Below are positions 15,953 through 23,372 of a DNA stretch of 56,270 nt, piece after piece. Below the pieces are notes generated by a model. It was not told the origin of the DNA. It ran no database searches and was given only the letters and a program-made list of their open reading frames with translations. The translations under genes and the position numbers were made by a program. Within the stretch, counting starts at the first letter, position 1; each line of letters begins with the position of its first letter. Origin of the DNA: Candidatus Eiseniibacteriota bacterium (lineage in GTDB: Bacteria; Orphanbacterota; Orphanbacteria; Orphanbacterales; Orphanbacteraceae); NCBI GenBank assembly GCA_043809585.1, contig JBDROZ010000097.1, forward strand, positions 1 through 56,270. The letters are read 5' to 3'.

Positions 15953-17221
15953 CTAAGCGATGACGTCCAATCCGTCCATGTAGGGCCGAAGGGCCTCGGG
16001 CACCGCCACGGTGCCGTCCTCCCGCTGATAGGTCTCGAGAAGGGCGATGGTCGTGCGGGGGAGGGCGAGACCGGATCCGTTCAACGTGTGCACGGGCCGG
16101 TTCCCTTTCCCGTCGGCCGGTTTGTACCGGATCTTCATCCGCCGGGCCTGAAAGTCCTCGAAGTTGGAACAGGAGGAGACCTCGAGCCACCGCTCTTGGC
16201 CCGGCGCCCAGACCTCGAGGTCGTAGGTCAGGGCGGAGGCGAAGGAGAGGTCCCCCGACGCGAGGATCACGGTTCGGTACGGGAGGCCGAGGCGGCGGAG
16301 CACTTCCTCGGCGTTCGCCCGGAGCTCCTCGAGGTGGTCGTACGAATCCTCGGCGCGCGTGAACCGGACGAGTTCCACCTTGTCGAATTGGTGCATCCGA
16401 TTGAGCCCCCGGGTCTCCTTCCCCGCCGAGCCCGCCTCGCGGCGAAAGCAGGCGGTGTATCCGACGTACTTCTTCGGCAGCTCTTCGTCGGCGAAGATCT
16501 CGTCCCGGTGGAGGTTCGTGATCGGCACCTCGGCGGTCGGGATCAGGAACAGGTCGTCCTTGTCCGCGTAGTACATGTCCGCCTCGAGTTTCGGCAACTG
16601 GCCGGTGCCGAACATGGAGTCCCGGTTGACGAGATAGGGGGTGTACACCTCCCGGTAGCCGTGCTCCCGCACATGGAGGTCGATCATGAAACGGATGAGG
16701 GCCCTCTGGAGAAGGGCGCCGGGGCCGAGATAGACGGCGAAGCCGGAGCCGGAGACCTTGGCGGCCCGGGCAAAATCGAGAATGCCGAGGGCTTCGCCGA
16801 TCTCCCAATGGGTCTTGCCCGGGAAGGGAAGCTCTTTCGGCTCCCCCCACTCGGCGACGATTCTGTTGGCCGACTCGTCCCCTTCGGGGACCGAGGGATG
16901 GGGGACGTTGGGGATCCAGCGGTGAATCTCGGCGAGGGTCTCTTCGGTCTTCCGGATCTCTTCGTCCAGGGCCTTGATCCGGTCCCCCACGTCCCGCATC
17001 TCGGCGATGGCCACGGAGGCGTCTTCTTTCGCCTTCTTCTTCCGGCCGATCTCCTCGCTCACCCGGTTCCGGAGGGCCCGGAGTTCGTCGTTTTGGACGA
17101 GGAGTTCGCGGCGCCGGGCGTCGGAGCGGATCCAGGCGTCGACGTCGGCTTTTTCGTTCTTCATCCGGACGGCGCTGCGGACGCGGTCGGGGTTGTCGCG
17201 GATGAACGCGGGGTCGAGCAA
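15953..17221 (-). CDS. serS: Serine--tRNA ligase
   Basis: N-terminal coiled coil, LIPTAEVP, CFRREAG, HQFDKVE, EVSSCSN, HTLNGSGLA. Confidence 0.98.
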   Translation of the reverse strand: MLDPAFIRDNPDRVRSAVRMKNEKADVDAWIRSDARRRELLVQNDELRALRNRVSEEIGRKKKAKEDASVAIAEMRDVGDRIKALDEEIRKTEETLAEIHRWIPNVPHPSVPEGDESANRIVAEWGEPKELPFPGKTHWEIGEALGILDFARAAKVSGSGFAVYLGPGALLQRALIRFMIDLHVREHGYREVYTPYLVNRDSMFGTGQLPKLEADMYYADKDDLFLIPTAEVPITNLHRDEIFADEELPKKYVGYTACFRREAGSAGKETRGLNRMHQFDKVELVRFTRAEDSYDHLEELRANAEEVLRRLGLPYRTVILASGDLSFASALTYDLEVWAPGQERWLEVSSCSNFEDFQARRMKIRYKPADGKGNRPVHTLNGSGLALPRTTIALLETYQREDGTVAVPEALRPYMDGLDVIA

Positions 17222-17278
17222 GGGGGAACCTCCTGATGGGCGCTCGGGGGCGGCCGGACCGCCCGCCTCGAAAATCTA

Positions 17279-17307
17279 ACGCTAGCACGGGGATGGGCGG
17301 GCGTCAA
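17279..17307 (-). promoter_or_regulatory. Sigma70-type promoter upstream of serS
   Basis: TTGACG-17 bp-TAGCGT with extended TG on the minus strand. Confidence 0.55.
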
Positions 17308-17386
17308 CGGGGATGGAGGGCCGCGCGGGCGGGGGGCGGACGCGGGGACCCAAACCCCATTGGAGGACCCTGATTCGGGGCCCTCC

Positions 17387-17494
17387 AGAGCCATCGGACG
17401 GGCGGGGCTGAACCAAGCCGTCGGACGGGCGGGGCCTGCCAGAGTCCTCGAACGGGCACGGCCTGCTGAAGTCCTCGAACGGGCGGGGCCTGCC
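17387..17494. repeat. Four imperfect 27-bp tandem repeats
   Basis: tcg(g/a)acgggc recurs at 17394, 17421, 17448 and 17475 with no unique spacers. Confidence 0.85.
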
Positions 17495-17681
17495 CGCTCC
17501 TGTCCGCTGCGATGCTCGCCAGTCGCACACCCGTTCTTGGTCGCCTGTTAATGTGTGAACCGCACGTTCCGCTCTCGGTGAAACGAAGCGCATCGGGATC
17601 TGGTGCTTGGTGGCTGCGCGTCTCGCGGACTCCTGTCGCGGCCACCCACCCGTGGCCGGGAATGATCAGCAAGGACTACCG
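17477..17681. repeat. Dispersed ~200-260-bp repeat family B; inverted copies 18434-18613 and 19440-19683, direct copy 55746-56003, fragment 6788-6838
   Basis: Shared blocks ctcctgtccgctgcgatgctcgccagtcgcac, gcgcgtctcgc...tcctgtcgcggccaccc and gaatgatcagcaaggact. 17593-17656 is an exact 64-bp inverted match to 19518-19581. Confidence 0.9.
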
Positions 17682-17811
17682 AAAGACTCCCCCCGTTCGT
17701 CCTGAGTGCCGCGGCCCTGAGGCCGCGGTGTATCGAAGGGGGAACCGGGGGAAGGGGAAAACCCCACATCCTCCATCGGCTTTGGATTGAGACGCTTCCG
17801 CGTCCGCGCCT

Positions 17812-18375
17812 TCACCGGAAGAGCTTCTTCACCCGCCCCCAGGTCGTTCCTTCGGTGCCGGTGGGGATGCCGGTGCAGACCGTCGGCTCTACTGAGGGCA
17901 CGGCCCACTCGCAGTCCCAGATGTCACATAACGCACAGCCGGAACCCCAATCCTGGACGATCAAAGTGCCGCAATCTTGATCAGTCATGCTCTGAAAGGT
18001 GAGGACGGCGATCTTCCACGGCGAGTAGAGGCACGAGTATGGGGGACGCCACTCGACCCCGAATACGACGGTCACGCTGTCCACATGGTAGAGAACCGAC
18101 TCCCATCCCTCGGGAGGATAGAACTGTATATCTTGGAAATGGAACGCCCCCTCGGCGTCCTCCAGGCGAATCGCCGCGGCGAGCAGGCCGTTGTTGTCCG
18201 GATGAATCCATGCCCCCACCTCGAACGTCTCCCCCAACCCCACCTGGATCGTGTCCGGGCCGTTGCCGGGGATTCCGTCGACGTCCAGCTCGATGAGGGG
18301 ATTGGCGCTGCCGGAAGAGGGAATGAGAAAGCAGGCGGAGACAAATAACGGGATGAGACGGAAGCGCGGGAACAT
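17812..18375 (-). CDS. Secreted 187-aa beta-rich protein with six mature-region Cys and C-terminal TWGRVKKLFR motif (paralog 1)
   Basis: Signal peptide ending SGSA, RBS-like GAGGGGG, upstream TGGTATAAT (18430-18422), and ungapped paralogy to 18817-19380. Confidence 0.85.
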   Translation of the reverse strand: MFPRFRLIPLFVSACFLIPSSGSANPLIELDVDGIPGNGPDTIQVGLGETFEVGAWIHPDNNGLLAAAIRLEDAEGAFHFQDIQFYPPEGWESVLYHVDSVTVVFGVEWRPPYSCLYSPWKIAVLTFQSMTDQDCGTLIVQDWGSGCALCDIWDCEWAVPSVEPTVCTGIPTGTEGTTWGRVKKLFR

Positions 18376-18433
18376 GGCGACCCCCTCTCTCGAAGAGAGC
18401 CGAACAGCTATTCTTGTCTAAATTATACCATGG

Positions 18434-18613
18434 TCGGCGGGGCGGACGCTCCGCCCAATCCTCTTTTCCGCTTCTTCCCCTTCCGGCGGCAGTCCTTGCT
18501 GATCATTCGTAGCCACGGGCGGGTGGCCGGGGCAGGGGTCCGTGAGAAGCGCAGCCACCAAGCACCAGATCCCGACCACCGGGACATTACCGAGGATGAA
18601 ACGTGCGGTTCAC
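18434..18613. repeat. Repeat family B, partial copy upstream of paralog 1
   Basis: Direct match to 19440-19620. Confidence 0.85.
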
Positions 18614-18626
18614 GCAGTGCCCGTTG

Positions 18627-18669
18627 TGGGGACACAATACCGAATCATGAATTCAGTATTGTGTCCCCA
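18627..18669. repeat. GGGGACACAATAC palindrome (REP-like) at the junction of the ~1-kb tandem duplication
   Basis: Perfect 14-bp inverted repeat tggggacacaatac / gtattgtgtcccca, extended by gaat/attc. Confidence 0.9.
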
Positions 18670-18816
18670 GTCGTTTAGGACTACCGAAAGACTCCCCCCG
18701 TTCGTCCTGAGTGCCGCGGCCCTGAGGCCGCGGTGTATCGAAGGGGGAACCGGGGGAAGGGGAAAACCCCACATCCTCCATCTGCTTTGGACTGAGCCGC
18801 TTCCCCGTCCCCGCCT

Positions 18817-19380
18817 TCACCGGAAGAGCTTCTTCACCCGCCCCCAGGTCGAGCCCGCGGTGCTCGTGGGGGCACCGACGCAGATCGTGGGTTCGATGGA
18901 CGGCACGACCCACTCGCAATCAAAGATGTTGCACCAAATACAGCTGGACACGCCTTCCTGGACGATCAGAGTGCCGCAAGCCTCATCGACCATGGACCGA
19001 AAGGTGAGGACGGCGATCCTCCAAGGGGAGAAGATGCACGAGAGGGGTGGCATTGTCCCGACGGCGAATAGGACTGTCACGCTGTCGGTGTAGACAAGAT
19101 ACGACACCCACCCCTCCGGGGGAAAGAACTGAATATCCTCGAACAGGAATGTCCCCTCGGCGTCCTCCAGGTAGACGGCCGCACTGGCAAGGCCGTTGTT
19201 GTCCGGATAGACCCACGCCCCCACATCGAACGTCTCCCCCACACCGACATGAATCGTGTCCGGGCCGTTGCCGGGTATGCCGTCGACGTCCAGCTCGATG
19301 AGGGGATTGGCGCTGCCGGAAGAGGGCAGAAAGAGACATGCGGAGAAGACGATCAGGAAAAGATGGAAACGAGAGATCAT
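18817..19380 (-). CDS. Secreted 187-aa protein with C-terminal TWGRVKKLFR motif (paralog 2)
   Basis: ATG at 19380 after GAGGAGGGG, upstream TGGTACAAT (19436-19428), and 129/187 residues identical to paralog 1 by manual count. Confidence 0.85.
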   Translation of the reverse strand: MISRFHLFLIVFSACLFLPSSGSANPLIELDVDGIPGNGPDTIHVGVGETFDVGAWVYPDNNGLASAAVYLEDAEGTFLFEDIQFFPPEGWVSYLVYTDSVTVLFAVGTMPPLSCIFSPWRIAVLTFRSMVDEACGTLIVQEGVSSCIWCNIFDCEWVVPSIEPTICVGAPTSTAGSTWGRVKKLFR

Positions 19381-19439
19381 GGCTCCCCTCCTCGGCATCG
19401 GAGAACCGCTCGGTTCTTTTCGCTTCAATTGTACCATGA

Positions 19440-19845
19440 TCGGCGGGCCGGAGGGCAGCCTACTCCGCTGTTTCCGTCTCTTCTCCTCCCGGCGGCAGTC
19501 CTTGCTGATCATTCGTAGCCACGGGTGGGTGGCCGCGACAGGAGTCCGCGAGACGCGCAGCCACCAAGCACCAGATCCCGACCACCGGGGCATTACCGAG
19601 GATGAAACGCGCGATTTTCATGTCGCAGCCGGAGAGCGCCTTCGTGCGACTGGCGAGCATCGCAGCGGACAGGAGCGGACAGGCTCCGCCCGCGCTCCGA
19701 CTCTCCCCCCTTCATCCTTCGATACACCGCCTCCCTTCGGTCGGCGGCACTCAGGACGAACGGGGGGATTGGCGGGCCCGCCAAGGACGCCGCCGGGCAT
19801 CTTTGTGGAGCGCGTGTGCATACACGCGCTCCCATTTCATCCGAA
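19440..19845. repeat. Repeat family B long copy, with an inserted REP (19716-19763) and a terminal hairpin (19807-19832)
   Basis: Inverted, co-linear similarity to about 55672-56003. Confidence 0.8.
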
Positions 19846-19881
19846 AGGGATTACAAGGCACCACTTGCATCGACTACCGGA

Positions 19882-20883
19882 TTACTTGATCGGCACCCGC
19901 GACAGCCTCGCCCCGCTGACGAGGGAGAGCGTCGCCACGAGGAAGAGCACGGTGAAGATCACCGCGCTGTCGCCGACGAGGGAGAGGAGGACGCCGATGC
20001 CGCCGAGGAGGAAGCAGATCCCGTAGACCGCGATCGCCGTCCCCCGGACGTTCGCCATGAGCGTGCCGAGCCGGTGGGAGGAGTGGTCCTTCCCGGGTAC
20101 GGTGATCCTCGTCCCCCGGGCGATCCGCGTGAACACGACGAAACCGATGTCGAAGATCGGGTAGCCGAGGATCAGGACCGGTACGACCAGGAAGAGATAC
20201 GACGTCTGGTGCCAGGTCGACATGATGCCGAGCGAGGCGAGCACGTAGCCGAAGAAGAGGGACCCCGCGTCGCCGAGGAAGATCGACGCCGGGTGCCAGT
20301 TGAAGCGGAGGAACGCCAGGGCCGATCCGGCGAGGGCGATGGCGATCACCGCCGGCATCACCTGGCCGTGGGCGAGGGCGATCGCGAAGAAGCCCATGGA
20401 GGCGAGGAAGGTGATCCCCGCCGCGATACCGTCCATGTTGTCCAGAAAGTTGATCGCGTTCATGAGCCCCACGACCCAGAGGAAGGAGAAGAAGAGGTCG
20501 AGGGGCGCGCTCGTGATCAGGCCGTTCGTGTTGCCCGAGAAGAAGAGGAAGGCGCAGGCGACGATCTGTCCGATCAGCTTCGCGAGGGGACCGATACCGT
20601 ACTTGTCGTCCACGAGCCCGACGAGGAAGACGAAGATCCCGCCGGTGAGGAATCCGAGGATGGGGAAGGAGAATTGGGCTTCGTTCAGCCGGATACCGAT
20701 CAAGAACGCCGCCATGAACCCGACGACCGTCGCCACGCCGCCGAGAAGGGGCGTGGGCGTCCGGTGCACCTTCCGCTGGTTCGGCTGGTCGAGAAAGCCG
20801 GAACGGAACGCGAGCCGGCGAATGGCGGGTGTGACGAGCACCACCGCCCCGAGGGCGACGAGGAATGGAAAAAGGTAACTCAT
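19882..20883 (-). CDS. MraY/WecA/TagO-family polyprenyl-phosphate sugar-1-phosphate transferase
   Basis: RKVHRTPTPLLGG, GLVDD, NAINFLDNMDG, FNWHPASIFLGDAGS, KDHSSHRL; multi-TM. Upstream TTGACA-18 bp-TAGAGT. Confidence 0.93.
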   Translation of the reverse strand: MSYLFPFLVALGAVVLVTPAIRRLAFRSGFLDQPNQRKVHRTPTPLLGGVATVVGFMAAFLIGIRLNEAQFSFPILGFLTGGIFVFLVGLVDDKYGIGPLAKLIGQIVACAFLFFSGNTNGLITSAPLDLFFSFLWVVGLMNAINFLDNMDGIAAGITFLASMGFFAIALAHGQVMPAVIAIALAGSALAFLRFNWHPASIFLGDAGSLFFGYVLASLGIMSTWHQTSYLFLVVPVLILGYPIFDIGFVVFTRIARGTRITVPGKDHSSHRLGTLMANVRGTAIAVYGICFLLGGIGVLLSLVGDSAVIFTVLFLVATLSLVSGARLSRVPIK

Positions 20884-21037
20884 CCAAAATCCCCAGGTTT
20901 CCCGGATGCGAACGACCTACTCTAGGTTCGGGTCCGAAAGAGTGTCAAGGTAATTCCCGGGGAGTGCCGGCCGCGAGGCGAAGGAGGGACAGGCTCCGAC
21001 TCAAGGGGATTGTCGAAGATAATTCCTTATAATAGAT

Positions 21038-21053
21038 CGAGTTGCGCAACTCG
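21038..21053. promoter_or_regulatory. Perfect 16-bp palindrome CGAGTTGCGCAACTCG, candidate regulator site
   Basis: Exact dyad symmetry in an AT-rich intergenic patch next to TATAAT (21028-21033). Confidence 0.45.
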
Positions 21054-21139
21054 GAAATCTCGGTGTGAATGACGAGGACCGGGTTCCGGAGTTTCCCTCC
21101 GAGACCCGGCCCCGACGGCGTTCCCTCTGTCGCTTCGCC

Positions 21140-23140
21140 CTATCTGAGGAGGACCACCTTCGCCCGGAGCTCCGAGGCCCCCGACCGGACGCGGACGAAG
21201 TAGACGCCCGAAGCCACCGCCTCGCCGCCGTCGCTCTCCCCCCGCCAGACGGTCTGGAACGAGCCGTCATGTCGAAGGCCCCTCTCCAAGGTCCGGACGA
21301 TCCTCCCCGAGAGATCGTGAACCGTCAGGGTCGCCTCCCCCGCCTCGGGCAGATCCGCCCGGATCGTGACGGCCGGGTTGAAGGGCGTCGGCCATGCGGC
21401 GAGACGGGCCCGGATCGCTCCGGGGGCCCGGCCGGCGACGTCCGTATTGATGTCCGACGAGACCCGCCAAGTCAGGGTGTCGGCGAGGGACCCGTCGGTG
21501 GCGATCACGGTCACCGTGTCGACCCCGCCGGCCACGTGGAGGTAGGTCGAATCCGCCGAACTCTGGACCGACGAACCGTTCACGATCCACTCGTAGGTCG
21601 TGGCGTCCCCGTCCTCGTCGACCACGGCCGCCGAGAAGAGGAGCGCGCCGGCGGCGACCGTCGTGTCGAGCGACACCGGGCGATGGTCGACGATGGCCGG
21701 CCAGGCGTTGCCGAAGCCGAGATCGAAGGTCATCACCGAATCGGAGAGGCTGATGTTGGTGATCCAGACGCCGCTCGCCCCGGTGTACCAGTCGGTGTTC
21801 GGGAAGGTGGCCGGCGTGAACTTGTTCTGGCCCGGATCCTCGGCGGCGTAGGCGGCGCCGATCCGGAACTCGTAGGGGTACCACTCCTCCGAGTACTCGT
21901 CATAACCGTCCCATGGCGTCGCCGGATCGTAACCCGCGTCCTCGACGATCACTTTGTAATGGGGCGAACCGTTGTTGTTCGACGCCAACTCGTAGACGTG
22001 GTAGACGAGGAGCCCCGCGTCCTTCGGGTTCCTCCCGGGGGTGAACCAGGGACAGTAGGCGGAGAAGTCCGAATCGAGATGATCGAAGCGGAACGATCCC
22101 TGGGTGTTCCGGTTCTCGATCAGGAAGTACTCGTTCCCGTTGCTCCCGGGGCGCCGGATCTGGTACGCGAGGGGGTTCGTCTGTACCTCGGGCACCTCGA
22201 TGTCGTGCCGGTCGGCGGAGAGAATCGTCGGCGTGAGCCACCCGAGTTCCTTCTTCGACCAGGCGCAGTGGTGCTGGGGGCAGGGCTGGTTCGTCCCGTA
22301 GCTCATGATGTTGTAGCCGCCGTAGCCCATGAGGCACCAGTCCACGAGGGGATGGTCGTTGGCGTCGTTCGGCGTGTAGTACGTCGTCGTGTCGAGCTTC
22401 GCGTCGTAGTCGTACAGGTCGGGCAGGCCGAGAACGTGGGAGGCCTCGTGGGCGGGCACCCGGATGCTGACGATCTCACCCCCCGCGTGCTCCTCCGGGT
22501 TGCACGAGTACCGATCGACGATGACGCCGTCGTCGCTCATCCAGTCCAGCCCGTAGACGGCGTACGACCAGATGTGGTCCGGGTCGTGGGTTTCCTCCTG
22601 GCCCGGCCCGGCGTGAAAGATCCAGACCGCGTCGGTGTACCCGTCGCCGTCCCGATCGTAGTCGGAGAAGTCGACGAGGGCGTCCGCCTGCTCGAGGAAG
22701 TCGGTGAACCAGGCGCCCGGATCATAGGTCGGTTCCTGGAGCCACCCGACCACGTTCCCTTCGATCCAGTAGTCCCCGTAGGAAACTTCGAGGAAGAACT
22801 CGCGCATGCTCCCCGGGTCGAGCACCCCCTGGCTGAAGAGGAGTTCCTCGTAGGCCGACGGCGGGTGGTTCGTCTGGTCCGCCGGGTCGTCCGCCCACTC
22901 GCAGAGAAGGACCAGGACGACGCCGGTGTCGGAGGGCGCCCTGGTTTCCACGGCCCCCCGCCTCGCCGCCATATCCTCGTAGGGAATGGCGAGGCGACTC
23001 TCGATCTCCGCCGGCGGCAGATCGAAGACGACGAAGTTCGGGTTCCGCTCCGGCGGCGTCCAGTCGGCCGCCCCCGCGGCCGGCCAAGAAAGAGCGAGGA
23101 GGAGAAGGGCGCCAATCGAGACGGAGGGGGCACGATGCAT
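21140..23140 (-). CDS. Secreted M6-family (immune inhibitor A-like) metalloprotease with FlgD-Ig/T9SS-like C-terminal domain
   Basis: Signal peptide, EVSYG, HAGPGQE, HEASHVLGLPDLYD, WCLMGYG, EYFLIENR, and C-terminal PTPFNP...SGVYFVR...KVVLLR. Confidence 0.9.
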   Translation of the reverse strand: MHRAPSVSIGALLLLALSWPAAGAADWTPPERNPNFVVFDLPPAEIESRLAIPYEDMAARRGAVETRAPSDTGVVLVLLCEWADDPADQTNHPPSAYEELLFSQGVLDPGSMREFFLEVSYGDYWIEGNVVGWLQEPTYDPGAWFTDFLEQADALVDFSDYDRDGDGYTDAVWIFHAGPGQEETHDPDHIWSYAVYGLDWMSDDGVIVDRYSCNPEEHAGGEIVSIRVPAHEASHVLGLPDLYDYDAKLDTTTYYTPNDANDHPLVDWCLMGYGGYNIMSYGTNQPCPQHHCAWSKKELGWLTPTILSADRHDIEVPEVQTNPLAYQIRRPGSNGNEYFLIENRNTQGSFRFDHLDSDFSAYCPWFTPGRNPKDAGLLVYHVYELASNNNGSPHYKVIVEDAGYDPATPWDGYDEYSEEWYPYEFRIGAAYAAEDPGQNKFTPATFPNTDWYTGASGVWITNISLSDSVMTFDLGFGNAWPAIVDHRPVSLDTTVAAGALLFSAAVVDEDGDATTYEWIVNGSSVQSSADSTYLHVAGGVDTVTVIATDGSLADTLTWRVSSDINTDVAGRAPGAIRARLAAWPTPFNPAVTIRADLPEAGEATLTVHDLSGRIVRTLERGLRHDGSFQTVWRGESDGGEAVASGVYFVRVRSGASELRAKVVLLR

Positions 23141-23372
23141 GATGACCTCTCTTTCTATTCGCAGACAAACGGGGGAGCGGCGAGGATCGCCCGCGGAGCG
23201 GAGAAACCCCGGAGCGACTGAGTCGGCAAACAATGATTATTGTACCATTGGGCGGCACTTACATCAAGAGGCGGGGCCCGGCGCCGCCGAGGGCTACGGG
23301 AGAAGGCCCCGGGCATGGTATCATGAGGGACGAAACCCCGCCGGATTCCCCGGCCCTGTCGGGAGTGGCCCC

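Noticed and set aside
17387-17494. Possible CRISPR array
   Set aside because: The units are contiguous and degenerate with no unique spacers, and there are no cas genes in the window.
17812-19380. Diversity-generating retroelement TR/VR pair
   Set aside because: Both copies are full genes with promoters, differences are spread throughout and not limited to adenines, and there is no reverse transcriptase in the window.
17672-19683. Integron cassette array
   Set aside because: There is no integron integrase, no clear attC RYYYAAC...GTTRRRY boxes were recognised, and each gene has its own promoter.
19640-19683. GTGCG within repeat B as a group II intron 5' end
   Set aside because: No domain V/VI-like sequence or intron-encoded protein was recognised, and the motif is internal to the repeat.
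20707-20721. 15-bp inverted match (cgccgccatgaaccc) to the putative att core at 1478-1492
   Set aside because: It lies inside an intact wecA-like gene (codons around GFMAA) and would bracket essential housekeeping genes, so it is most likely chance in GC-rich DNA.
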